Shown: positions 32,906 through 43,635, numbered from the stretch's first letter. The stretch is DNA of 64,000 nt from Prasinococcaceae sp. CCMP 1430 (GCA_013416795.1 RQSC01000908.1:1-64000), one strand, 5' to 3'. Numbers and translations: made by a program. The notes: generated from the sequence alone by a model not told the origin.

Positions 32906-34363
32906 CTAGCAGGTGATTGGCTTGAAGGCGTTGATGCCGTCGGCCGCCGTCGAGAGCATGAGCCCCACGCACTGCGGGTGCCAGCGCACTTCCTTAATGT
33001 TGGTCTGCCCCTGGTGCACGAACAGCAGCTGCGGGGGAAGGTCATCAGGCGCGTCCGCCTGCTCCGTGCTGGCGGCCATGGCAGCCTCGGCCTCGGTGTC
33101 GCGCTCCAGCGAGAGGTCCCAGACGGTGAGCGTGTTGTCAGCGGCGGCGGCCGACAGCATCGCTGCCTCCCAGGGCGACCATCCCACGCTCGTGATGGGC
33201 GCCCGGTGGTGCGCAAAGTTGGCCACGAAGGCGCCGTCGGAGAACGAGCGCAGGTCCCACACGCGCAAGCGCCCATCGTCGCCGCCCGACGCGAGCATGG
33301 GCGTCGCCAGTGGCGACCAGCTGATTACGTTGACGTCGTCGTCGTGCGCTGCCACCGACAGAGCGGGCTTGGCACGCTGCCGCACGTCCCATATCTTAAT
33401 GCTTCTGTCGGCGGAGCAGGACGCGAACACGCCGTTCTCACACGGCGACCACTGCAGGTCCTCTACCGACGCCTGGTGACCCACGAAGCCGCTGCCGCCA
33501 CTCGCGGCGTCGTTAGCCTCCATCGCCCACCCTCCTCCCTCGCGCGGCTCCCACAGGTGCAGGCCGCCGTTGCAATCGCCCGTGAGCAGCCTGCCCACCA
33601 CAGTGGGCGCCCAGTCCATGGCGTAGCCCTCGACGCCGTGGCCCTTGTACACAGCCAGCGGCGGCAGCGCAATGGTCTTCGCCTTGTGGCCCTCGAGGCC
33701 ACCCTCACGCGTGGTGGGCTCGCCGGCGTCGGCCTCGACAGCTTCGACGGCAGGCGTGACGTCGAAGACCTGCACGTAGCCCGTATCTCCCCATGCGGCC
33801 ACGATGCCCGACATCTGTGGCATGGCGCGCACGCGGTTCACGCCGCCCGCGTGCGGCACCGCGCGAGCTGAGAGCCGCGGCGCCTTCCCGTTGCCCCTGC
33901 CGCCGCCCGCGCCCGACGCCTCCGCCATCTCATCGTCAGTGTCGTCGTCGGAGCTCTCCTCCTCGCTGTCGTCCTCGTCGGCGTCTCCCTCCGCGCGGCG
34001 CCGCGTCGACGCCACGTTGGAGAGCTTGAACACCGTCAGCCGGTTGTTCGCGGCCACGTCCGCCTGCGACCCGGCGACGGCGACGAGGTCGTGCGGCAGC
34101 GCCGCACGGCGCTCACCCCTCGCGTCGCGCAGCGGGTCGACGGAGAGGCACGGCCACTCGAGCTGCAGCGCATGCAGGCAGTCGTACGTCGACGGGTCGT
34201 ACTGCAGCTCCTCGTCCGCCTCCATGCCGTCGACGCCCGGCATCCACACACGCGGCGCAGCATCGCCGCCGCCGTCCGCGCCGCCGCCAGCCGCGTGCGA
34301 AGGCCCCGCCGCGCCCTTGGCCTTGGCCTTGCCTTTGCCCTTCTTGCCCGGGCGCTGCGGCAT
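32906..34363 (-). CDS. GRWD1: Glutamate-rich WD40 ribosome biogenesis protein GRWD1/Rrb1
   Basis: 485 aa. Contains ELQYDPSTYDCLHALQLEWPCLS, an acidic stretch, WD40 repeats (GHQASVEDLQWSP, SCSADRSIKIWD) and PPQLLFVHQGQ. Confidence 0.92.
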   Translation of the reverse strand: MPQRPGKKGKGKAKAKGAAGPSHAAGGGADGGGDAAPRVWMPGVDGMEADEELQYDPSTYDCLHALQLEWPCLSVDPLRDARGERRAALPHDLVAVAGSQADVAANNRLTVFKLSNVASTRRRAEGDADEDDSEEESSDDDTDDEMAEASGAGGGRGNGKAPRLSARAVPHAGGVNRVRAMPQMSGIVAAWGDTGYVQVFDVTPAVEAVEADAGEPTTREGGLEGHKAKTIALPPLAVYKGHGVEGYAMDWAPTVVGRLLTGDCNGGLHLWEPREGGGWAMEANDAASGGSGFVGHQASVEDLQWSPCENGVFASCSADRSIKIWDVRQRAKPALSVAAHDDDVNVISWSPLATPMLASGGDDGRLRVWDLRSFSDGAFVANFAHHRAPITSVGWSPWEAAMLSAAAADNTLTVWDLSLERDTEAEAAMAASTEQADAPDDLPPQLLFVHQGQTNIKEVRWHPQCVGLMLSTAADGINAFKPITC

Positions 34364-35046
34364 GGCCGCTGCCCGCGGGGCCGCCCGCACCCCCGCGCGC
34401 TCCGCACGCCCCGCCGCCGCGCGCCGCCACGCAAGCGCCGGGCCGGCCCACAGCCCTAGCCTCCAACCGCCCGAAGCCCCGCGGACCGCCGCTCCTCCCC
34501 GCGCCGAGCACGCGCTCTGGCAACCCCCACGCCACGCCTCCCCGCCTCCTGCCTCTCCACACACACACTCCACCCACCCACCCACAGCCGCCAGCCGTCG
34601 CAGCGGCCGCCGGCGGCTGGCCGCCGACAAAAAAAAAAAACAGAAAAAAGAATGGGAAGTGATGGTGGTGCAGAGCACTGCTGGGCGTCCAAAATTGGCC
34701 CAAAAATGGGGTGAAAAAAAAGCGTGTCCGTCGCCAGGCGGATGTACGCCGGGGTGCACGCAGCTCCGGCGCGGGGCGCTTTTTGCGAGGGGGGTGCGCT
34801 CTCGCCCTGCAACTCATCCAGAAACGCCCTCGCCTCCGCCAGCCAGTGCCAGCCAGCGTCGACGCGCCGTCCAACGACAGCGCTGGGCGGAGGGAAGGAG
34901 GGAGGGGGCAAAACTCGGCCATGTTTGGGTTGGGGGACTTTTTCAACGTAATTTGATGTACTGTACGTACCGTCATGATGGCATCATGCGCTACTGTACT
35001 GTACAGCATGTACTTTTCCATCAGCCCCCCCACCCACTGTGTAGTT

Positions 35047-35054
35047 TAGGGTTT
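35047..35054 (-). promoter_or_regulatory. Telo-box (AAACCCTA)
   Basis: TAGGGTTT on the + strand, in the AT-rich GRWD1/PP2A divergent intergenic region. Confidence 0.4.
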
Positions 35055-35522
35055 TTCAAACAGGTTTTGCACCTGCTCGTAACATGTTCATCCCCCGACG
35101 CCCGACGGGGCCGCGCGACGCGCCCCGCTTCTCCGCAGGTTTGTCATTGTTCCTCCGTCGTTTGACGCGATTTTTTTGTTTTACGGACGAAATTTCGGAA
35201 CGCGGAAACGCGCCCCCCCTCGCCTGTTTTTTCCAAAAACAATTAAAATAAATAATGCGGCGAAAATGCGCGAATAAAAATGCCAAATGAACACGGCGGC
35301 GGCTTACCGATGTGTGCCACAGCGCGGGGGTGGCGGGGGCGTGCCCCCTCCCTCCCTCCCTGCCTCCCTCCCTCCCTCCCGTCGCTTTCCCCCCGGGCGC
35401 CGGGCCGTTGGCATCGGGGGGTGGTTGCGGAGGGGGGAGGGGCGGATGGCGCCGGGCGGCGGCGCGGGGCTGGCCGCGGCGGCGATCGCGGCGGGGGCGC
35501 GGCCGCGGGGGCGCGGGCGCCG

Positions 35523-35651
35523 ATGTGGGGCTTCTCGCAGGTGTTCGGCGAGCGGGAGGACCCCGATGAGGAGGTGCATGACGGTGCGTCCGCGCCCGTG
35601 GGGCGTGCCGCGCCGGCGATGGCGCGCGCGCGCGGTGGCAGCGCCGATCCG

Positions 35652-35692
<41 letters not shown>

Positions 35693-37303
35693 ATATCCAC
35701 GCACACCTTTCCACGCGGCGCCCTTTTCGCGGTGCGCCCCCAGCTGGCGTGAGGCCGCTGCGCTCATAGGGTCTGACACGCGCGCGCCCTGCTCCCCCGC
35801 CGCGCCTCCTCACGGCGATGCGCAGCGGATATAATCTCGACGGTGGAGTTCGACCCGACCGGCGAGCACCTGGCCTCCGGAGACCAAGGCGGGCGCGTCG
35901 TGCTCTTCTCGCGCGCAAAGGCGGGCGAGGACAACGGATGCCGGCCCAGGCACCCGTACGTCTACAAGTACCAGGCCGAGTTCCAGTCGCACGAGCCCGA
36001 GTTCGACTACCTCAAGTCACTGGACATCGAGGAGAAGATCAACAAGATCCGATGGGTGACCAGCAGCAACGGCTCCAAGCTCATCCTCTCCACGAATGAC
36101 AAAACCATCAAGCTGTGGAAGGTGTACGAGCACCGCGCGTGGCATGTGGCGACCGCGCGGCCGCTCAATGGGGGCTCGCCCGCGGGCCAGCGGGCGGCGG
36201 GCGCCGCTGGCGCGGGCACGCCAGGCGGGACTAATAGCGCACTCGATGGCGGTCTGGCGGCCGCGGGGGCGAACGGGGGGGGGCAGCCGGCGAGCCAGGG
36301 CGTGCTCACGTCGGCGTCGCAGCTCAAGCTGCCCAAGGTGCTGCGCGGGGAGCCTAAGCTCACCGCGCGATGTCGGCGCGTGTACTCGGACGCGCACGCG
36401 TACCACATCAACAGCGTGTCGACCAATTCGGACGGCCAGACGTACCTCAGCGCCGACGACCTGCGCATCAACGTGTGGTCGCTCGACGTGGCGGCCGAGT
36501 CGTTCAACATCGTGGACCTGAAGCCGAACAACATGGAGGACCTCACGGAGGTGATCACCGCCGCGGAGTTCCACCCGACACACTGCAACATGTTCGCCTA
36601 CTCCACGTCCAAGGGAAGCATCAAGCTGGGCGACATGCGCACGGCCGCCACGCTGGAGCGCGCGAGCAAGACATTTGAGGAGCAGGAGGCGCCCGGCAGC
36701 CGCAGCTTCTTCAGCGAGATAGTGGCGTCGGTAAGCGACCTCCACTTCGCCGGCGACGCCGGGAGCGGGCGCTACCTTGTGAGCCGCGATTACATGAGCG
36801 TCAAGGTATGGGACGTGAACATGGAGAAAAGCCCGGTCGCGACCTTCAAGGTGCACGAGCACTTCCGCACGAAGCTGTGCGACCTGTACGAGAACGATGC
36901 CATCTTCGACAAGTTCGGGTGCGCCGTCAGCGGTTGCGGCAACAAGGTGGCGACGGGGTCGTACGGCTCCCTCTTTCGCGTCTTCGACCTCCAGAAGCAG
37001 CAGGAGCTCATGCTCGAGGCCTCGCGCCAGCCGCTCGCGCTGTACCAGAAAAGTCCGAAGCAGGCCAAGTCGCCCAGTCGCGGCTCGCTGCGCGGACGGC
37101 ACTCGCCGGGCAAGGGCGCGGGCGGGCCGCCCGACCTCGCGAGCCTGAACGGCCAGGTGGCCATCGACGCCGCGAAGTGCGACGTCGGTAGCAAGATGCT
37201 GCACCTGGCGTGGCACCCCACGCAGGACGTCATCGCGTGTGCCAACGCCAACGCGCTATACATGTACGCGAACATGCCACCCCGGACGGACGATCGCCCG
37301 TGA
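35523..37303 (+). CDS. PPP2R2: PP2A 55-kDa regulatory subunit B (B55), 2 exons
   Basis: Exons 35523-35583 and 35826-37303. Motifs are WGFSQVFGE, ADIISTVEFD, FQSHEPEFDYLKSLDIEEKINKI, LSTNDKTIKLWK, AHAYHINS and NDAIFDKF. The start codon could lie slightly upstream. Confidence 0.93.
35653..35692. repeat. 40-nt poly(C) run in the PP2A-B intron
   Basis: Directly visible homopolymer. Confidence 0.9.
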
Positions 37304-37736
37304 CCGCGTCGCTCGCTGGCGCGCCTGCATGCCGGGGTGGGGGCGCAGCTCGGCCGGGCGTGGGTTGGAGGCGGCACCTCCGGCGCCCACCGAAGCGATT
37401 GTACACATACACAGGGCCGCCGCGGGCTATACCCCGCGCGACCACAAACCCAACAGCAGCGAGCGCACCCGATGGGGTGGCGCGCGCGCACCACTGAGAA
37501 TACTACACACAGCGGAGCAGACGCCGCAAGTAACATATTGATTGCGGAGCGCACACTTCGGAACTCCGCCCCCGCCGGTCGAGCCGCCGCGCTGCGGCCG
37601 CGCGGCCGCCATGAGCGGAAACATCATGATGGTACCGCCCGGGGCGTGCCCGCTTGCGACCCACCGCCGGCCACCCGGCCGCCGGCGGGGCCGAGCTGCG
37701 TTCCCCAAGCTGGCACCTGGGCGCCCTTTACAGTGT

Positions 37737-37824
37737 TTTCTTTTTCTTTTTCTTTTTCTTTTTCTTTTTTCGATGCTGGGGGAGTGCATCCTGATAGACT
37801 CCGCCGGGCCTTTAAAAAAAAAAA

Positions 37825-37876
<52 letters not shown>
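37737..37876. repeat. Low-complexity (TTTTTC)n plus A11-T18-A34 homopolymer tract
   Basis: Directly visible. Confidence 0.9.
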
Positions 37877-37877
<1 letters not shown>

Positions 37878-37989
37878 GCAGCCGCGCGCACCGAGAAAAT
37901 GATCCAAACTCGCTCAATCAATGATGGACGGTGCGCGACGGCCGGACGCGAACGGAGGGCGACGGCGATGGGCTTGGGACGAGCAGGCC

Positions 37990-38400
37990 GGATGAGAGCC
38001 AGGGTGACTCTCCCATGACACCGGCGAGTCTTCGCCTGAGCATTGCGTGACCCCGATGAGTTTCGGGATGAGCCTTTCATTCATGGCGCCCCTTCGACTG
38101 ACTGGCTGACTGACTGACTGGCTGATCATTGATCGAGGAGTGGGTGAGTGAGTGAGCTTTTTGTTCACGAGCTTTGCGCGATCCCAATGAGTTTCCGCAT
38201 GAGTTTTTCCATGAACCCACCATGAGTCTTCGCATGAGCTTCGCGCGACAAGGATGAATTTCCGCATGAGTGTGACGTGAATCCCGCGTGAGTTTTTTTC
38301 GCGTCCAGCGTCTTGATGAGCCTCGGTTGGGTGACCCGGATGAGTCCTTGCAAGACCCGCGTGAGCTTTGGATGACTCGCATGAGAGCCCCAATCATTGC
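37990..38400 (+). repeat. Degenerate short-period array with (A/G)TGAG core, plus GACT and GTGA microsatellites
   Basis: About 17 TGAG and many TGAC/TGAA cores, roughly every 12-20 nt, essentially all on the + strand (e.g. cgcATGAGtttt, cgcGTGAGcttt). Confidence 0.7.
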
Positions 38401-38643
38401 CGTGCGTGCCCCGAATCAGAACTCGCACGTACCCGGGGTACGCCGTTACACGCAGCGCGCGTGCGAACTGATGGCGGACGGATCGGGAACGGGGGAACAG
38501 GCGTTGTGCCGCGCGCGCGCGCGCGGGCCTGCCGCGGCCCGCCACACCCGCGCCCGCACACCGCGGCGGCCGGAACAGGCGCGGGAGGGGAGGGCGTGCG
38601 GCTGCCGCGGTTGCCGCCCGCGGCGGCGGCGGAGGTGACGCCG

Positions 38644-41600
38644 ATGCCGCCGCCGCCGATGCCTGTCGGCGCGCCCGGAGACACGACAGGGGCGGGGCCC
38701 TCAGCCGCCGCGTCGGATAGTGGCCGCACCGCGCGCGAGAGGCAGCAGCAGAAGGCGCACACGCACCAGGCGCTGGCAGCAGCGCCAACGCAGTTCTCGT
38801 TCGCCGCCGAGCCCACGATGGTGCACACAGCCGAGGCGGAGAGCGCCTTCGCTGAGAGCTGGCTGGACGAAGTGCTCGCGTATTCCGTGCGCGCACACGC
38901 GGAGGCCGCGCAGGCAGACGGGCGGGCGGGGCGCGGCGCTGGCAACAGCCTCGCTGCGCTGCTCGCCAAGGTGCTGCCGAGCTCGTCGGGCGGGCTGACC
39001 GGTCAGCAGCGAGAGGTCCGACCTGACCTTGAGGCCGCGCGCGAGTCGGGCCAGCAGGTAATGGCAACGCCTGGCCTCGGCGGCGATCCGTACGCGTCGC
39101 TCAGCCAAGGACGCGGAGGCGGGCTGCGCGTGTTCGGCCTTGACCGCGCGGGCCTCGAGGCCGCGGGCATCGATGTCCGCTCGACGAGGCGACTGTACCG
39201 CGGGCTGTACGTGCACGGCCTTGCACTGCATCGCCTGGTGAGCGGCGAGGCGTCGGGTGTGGTCAACGGCGGCGCGCTCGTATTGCGCCTCATGGTTGGC
39301 TACCGCGCGCTGCTTTCAGCGCTCGACGCCGACGGCGGTGGCGGCGGCAGCGGCGAGCTTGCGCCGCGAGGCAATGCGGCAGTGTTGGGGCGCACAGACA
39401 CAGAGGCGGAGGTCAATCCGGGCGATCTGCTGGCGGCGATGGAGTACGCCGCCGGCGAGCAGGAGCGCGCGCTCGCTGATCGCGGCGCGTGGGACCTGCG
39501 GATGCAGCTGATGCAGAAGGCCGTGCAGGCCGAGCGCACCAAGCTCAAGAAGGCAAACAGCGAGCATGGCGAGACCCGCGCGGTGGTGCGGGACCTTGAG
39601 GCCGAACTCGAATCCTCGCGAGTGGACGTCGCACATGAGCGCGCCATTAGTAGGCGGCTGCGCGAGGAGGCTGAGCGCGTCAAGCAAAGATACACCGACT
39701 CGCTCGACGAGTGGAAAGGGAGGTTTGAGAGCGAGAAGCTGGCGCATCACGGGCGCCAGCAGCAGCTGCAGGCGAACCTCGAGGCGCACGGCAAGCTCGA
39801 GCGTCGACACCACCAGCTCGAATCCCTCCTCGCGGCCAAGAAAGCTGAGGCGGCCCAGCTGGAGGATGCCAACAATGCACTCGAGAAAGAGGTCAAGTTG
39901 CGCGACGTACGCCTCGAGGAGCAGCGCAAGGCGTACGCGCGCGACATGCAGAGCCTCAGCCAGATGAAGAGCTCATTCTCCGCGGTGGAGGAGCAACGCG
40001 ATGCTGCGCGAGAGCTCTTCGACGAGGAGACCACCAAGACCGCCGCCCTCAACGCGTCGCTCGAAGATATGATCAATCTCTCGCAGCGACAAGCCGAGGA
40101 GATTACGCAGCTCAAGGCAACCGTGAGCGCCAACGACAGGCGCATCGATGCGTGCACCGAGACCAACAGAGCGCAGCTCAAGCGCATCGAGGGACTTGAG
40201 GCGGATCTGCACGCGAAGGAACAACTCCAGGAGCGCCTGCAGTATGCGATGGACATGAACTCCTCCATGCGCAAGCGGCTCGAGCAGGCGACAATGTCAC
40301 TGAATGAGGTGGAGAGTGAGGCATGCGTGCGCGTACTCGCGCTTAGGAAAGCGATGGAGGACCTCCGCGGGAACAAGGGTGAGCTCGAAGACACCCTCGT
40401 GCGGGCGCAGAAGAAGATGGACGACGGACGCGACGCCAACGAGAAGCTCATGGACGACCTTGCTTCTAAGAGCGAGCATATTGCAGATCTGCACAGACAG
40501 CTGGAGCTCGCGTCTAACGCGATGGCCAAGGCGGAGGCGGCGGCAGACGACTTCAACGGCAAGCTCCTATTCGAGAGGAAGAGGGTGGAGAAGCTCGAGT
40601 CCGAGCTGGAGACAACTACCACTGAGCTGAACGAAACGCGTCGTGCCAACAACGCCCTGGTCGAGAACGAAGAGGCCACGGCCAAGGCAAACGAGGAGTC
40701 TGCCAAAGAGAAGGAGGTTCTCATCCAGGAGCTCAACGACAAACTCGAGCAAGCAAACAACCAAAACCGAAGGGACGAAGAAGAGCTGCTCGATCTGCGG
40801 CCAAGGTGCAAAGAGCTGCGGCGGCTGGTGGGTTCGCACCGCGAGCTCAAGGAGAAACAGGCGGCTACCGTGAATGAGCTGGAGGAGATGCGAGAGCGTG
40901 CTGTCGACGCCGACAAGCGCATCGAACAGCGCCGCATAGAGCACGACGCGGACCTCGTGAAGATAGGTGAGCTCGAGACGCGTGCTGCACACCTCGATGC
41001 CGCGCTTGAGGACGAGCAATTACACCGCGGGAATGAGCGCAACCGCGCCGAAGAACTCAAGGACCGCCTCGAGGCGCTCACCGCAGCGCACGAGAAGCTT
41101 AGCGAGGAACATCAGGATCTCATTTCGCAGCATGACCAGACGACGGCCGACCACGCCTACGAGGAGGAGCGCGGCAGCAACCTGACTGGAAAGGTGGAGC
41201 GCCTCGAAGAGGAACTGGAACGAACCCGACTGCAATGCCAGGAACTGGCCACGCAGCGTGAGGCGTGTGAGGGCGAGCTCAATGCACGCGCCAAGGCCAA
41301 TCAGGAAATCAACGCGCTGCTGCAGCGCAACCTCGAAGACCTACGCACAGAGCGCGAGGAGCACGCTGCCTGCAATGCGCGGCTCGTCGAGCGGCTCGAC
41401 CACCTCTGGCAGCAAGTGGGCGAGGATCTGAAGGACAAGGCGTCCTTTGCCCAGCAATACGCCGAGCTCAACTCCATGGTTGCCGACATGAAGAGCAACA
41501 TTGAGTTCGGGTCCAAAAAGCAGGCGGCCACCGCGGAGCTTCTGGATGTAGGGATTAGCCGTCTACAGCAGGAGCTCGACAACAACAGAAAGGCGGTCGC

Positions 41601-43611
41601 GGAGGCCAACGAGGCGCGCATGAAGGCGGCTGAGAGAGAGGCACAGCGTGCGACGAAGCGTATTGCCAGGCGCAGGGCCGCCAGCTTGCCGGGGCGTCCA
41701 CCTGAACGTAGCAGGAGGTTCGCAACTGCGGGCGAAGCGCGCATGCATCGCCTTGAGGCGCAGCTCGAGAACGAGATCGAGCGGCGCGAGGAGGCGGAGG
41801 AGCGTGCGGACGGCTCGGAAGAGAACCTTGCACGCGTGCGCAAGGAACTGGCAGCGGTGCGCGCCTCCTTGGAGAATGGCGCCAATGACTTGAAGGGCCT
41901 ACAGGCGGACCTGCAGATATCGCGCGCGGCGCACGAGGACGAAGTCGCGGGCCTGCACAAGCGCATTGAGGCAGAGGTCGCCGCGCGCAAGTGGCGCGAG
42001 AAGTACGCCGCAGACGTCTCTGACAAGCTTGCCGACACGAAGCGTGCTCTGCAATCGTTGGGCGCACGAAGGACCGTCTCGACGCGCACCACGCAGACTC
42101 AGTACGCCGACATCTGGAAGGGTAACGCGATGGACAATAATGTCGGCGCGGGCCGTATGCAGGAGTTCCGCGCACGCTGGTTGCAGCGCGTTGCCGACGT
42201 GCAGGAAGGCGCGCAGCGCGTGATGCCTGCGCAGACCCTGATGAGCACCATCACCGAGCTGTACGCGGAGAAGGTACGCCACGATGCAGCCTCGCAGCGC
42301 CAGGGCAAAGACCCAACGGAGCTGCCCGAGCTCACACACAACTTCTTCTTCAAGCGGTACGGCCTGCCCGAGCCCACTGAGGCGCATCTGTCCGAGTTCG
42401 TGGCGTCCATCCTCGCGCACCAGGACATCGACGAGGTCAAGGCATTCGGGCTCGCGTGTGGCGTGCTGTCGGAGGGTGGGGTCACGGGCGACCCTCTCGA
42501 GCAGCCCGGAGCGTCCAAGGTGCTGTCCACGCGCGGCAGCGGTGCCACTAGTAATCGCTCGCCCGCAGAGGAGGACGAGGACGGTGATGGCGATGACGCG
42601 CAGGGCGCCGCCGTGGTCAGGTCGCAGCTGCGGCATGCGTCGATCGTGCGTGACACACGGCTGCTCGGACTCAACGCGGGCGATCTAGCACACCCGCTCG
42701 CGTGCAATCTGGTGGAGCGCGTGTCGAAGGTCATGCCCTCGAGCCTCACTCTCGAGGAGCTCCAGCACCCGCTGGTTGACGAGGCCAACATCGCATTGCT
42801 CGCGACCGCCGGTGTGGACGGTCTTCTGCGGCGGATTGCAGCGGACAATGCGGGCGCTTTTCGAGAGCGCGAGCTGCCATCCGTCGACCTCGGCGTCATG
42901 GTGCAGGAGGAGCAGCTACCCCAACTGCACGTGCTGCTGCGGGAGGCCGCGGAACTCCTACACCTGCCGGCCGCGCAGGTGCCACAGCTTCACATCAAGG
43001 AGAGCCCGAGACCCAGGGCGTTCCTTTGGGATGTCGTGGGGCGACCGCCCAGCATCGTGCTCACGAGTTCGTTGGTGGACCTTCTCTCCCCCGCCCAGAT
43101 TCAGGCGGTGGTCGCCTCGCAGATGGCGCTGCTCGGCAATGCGCGGCTGCGGCCGTATGCCATGGCGAAGGCCGTGGCGAACTGGCGACCGCGCCTGAGC
43201 TGCCTGGATGCGTCAACCGCGCCGGCAGTGCGGCACGCGCTGGAGCGCTGGGGGCGCTTCGCACAGCTCACGGGCGATCGCGGCGCCCTGGTGGTCGCGC
43301 AAGACGTCGAAACCGTGGTGGGCGCCGCCGTGAAGGTTGCGGCGGGCGCGCACACGCTCTGCAACGAGCTCAACGTGGGCGTGCTACTCGAACAGGCTCG
43401 CCAGATGGACCGCGCGGCGACTTTGCGCGGCGACCGGCTCGACAAGCTCCTGAGCGAGGGCGGCACCAGCGCGGGCGCGTTCGCGCGCTCGGTGGTCGTT
43501 CTGCGCGCACGCGAGCTCGCGCGATGGTCGCAGAGCGAGCAGCTGCGCGAGCTCTTCGGCTCGGGCGAGCAGTACGCGCGCTCGGAGAGGTTCGTCTCCA
43601 GCTGGACGTGA
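38644..43611 (+). CDS. Large coiled-coil protein with C-terminal inactive peptidase M48-like domain
   Basis: Uninterrupted 1655-aa ORF. A heptad-rich E/K/L/R/A region spans about 39450-42050, a helical domain (ITELYAEK...FFFKRYGL) spans 42220-42470, and an M48/HtpX-like domain starts at about 42660 (LPQLHVLLREAAELL, SIVLTSSLVDLL, WGRFAQLTGDRGALVVAQD). Confidence 0.75.
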   Translation: MPPPPMPVGAPGDTTGAGPSAAASDSGRTARERQQQKAHTHQALAAAPTQFSFAAEPTMVHTAEAESAFAESWLDEVLAYSVRAHAEAAQADGRAGRGAGNSLAALLAKVLPSSSGGLTGQQREVRPDLEAARESGQQVMATPGLGGDPYASLSQGRGGGLRVFGLDRAGLEAAGIDVRSTRRLYRGLYVHGLALHRLVSGEASGVVNGGALVLRLMVGYRALLSALDADGGGGGSGELAPRGNAAVLGRTDTEAEVNPGDLLAAMEYAAGEQERALADRGAWDLRMQLMQKAVQAERTKLKKANSEHGETRAVVRDLEAELESSRVDVAHERAISRRLREEAERVKQRYTDSLDEWKGRFESEKLAHHGRQQQLQANLEAHGKLERRHHQLESLLAAKKAEAAQLEDANNALEKEVKLRDVRLEEQRKAYARDMQSLSQMKSSFSAVEEQRDAARELFDEETTKTAALNASLEDMINLSQRQAEEITQLKATVSANDRRIDACTETNRAQLKRIEGLEADLHAKEQLQERLQYAMDMNSSMRKRLEQATMSLNEVESEACVRVLALRKAMEDLRGNKGELEDTLVRAQKKMDDGRDANEKLMDDLASKSEHIADLHRQLELASNAMAKAEAAADDFNGKLLFERKRVEKLESELETTTTELNETRRANNALVENEEATAKANEESAKEKEVLIQELNDKLEQANNQNRRDEEELLDLRPRCKELRRLVGSHRELKEKQAATVNELEEMRERAVDADKRIEQRRIEHDADLVKIGELETRAAHLDAALEDEQLHRGNERNRAEELKDRLEALTAAHEKLSEEHQDLISQHDQTTADHAYEEERGSNLTGKVERLEEELERTRLQCQELATQREACEGELNARAKANQEINALLQRNLEDLRTEREEHAACNARLVERLDHLWQQVGEDLKDKASFAQQYAELNSMVADMKSNIEFGSKKQAATAELLDVGISRLQQELDNNRKAVAEANEARMKAAEREAQRATKRIARRRAASLPGRPPERSRRFATAGEARMHRLEAQLENEIERREEAEERADGSEENLARVRKELAAVRASLENGANDLKGLQADLQISRAAHEDEVAGLHKRIEAEVAARKWREKYAADVSDKLADTKRALQSLGARRTVSTRTTQTQYADIWKGNAMDNNVGAGRMQEFRARWLQRVADVQEGAQRVMPAQTLMSTITELYAEKVRHDAASQRQGKDPTELPELTHNFFFKRYGLPEPTEAHLSEFVASILAHQDIDEVKAFGLACGVLSEGGVTGDPLEQPGASKVLSTRGSGATSNRSPAEEDEDGDGDDAQGAAVVRSQLRHASIVRDTRLLGLNAGDLAHPLACNLVERVSKVMPSSLTLEELQHPLVDEANIALLATAGVDGLLRRIAADNAGAFRERELPSVDLGVMVQEEQLPQLHVLLREAAELLHLPAAQVPQLHIKESPRPRAFLWDVVGRPPSIVLTSSLVDLLSPAQIQAVVASQMALLGNARLRPYAMAKAVANWRPRLSCLDASTAPAVRHALERWGRFAQLTGDRGALVVAQDVETVVGAAVKVAAGAHTLCNELNVGVLLEQARQMDRAATLRGDRLDKLLSEGGTSAGAFARSVVVLRARELARWSQSEQLRELFGSGEQYARSERFVSSWT

Positions 43612-43635
43612 TTGCAATCGATTGGCGCGCATCAC

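Noticed and set aside
34950-35010. Short palindrome CATGATG-G-CATCATG and TACTGTAC repeats
   Set aside because: Too short to distinguish from chance in an AT-rich promoter region.
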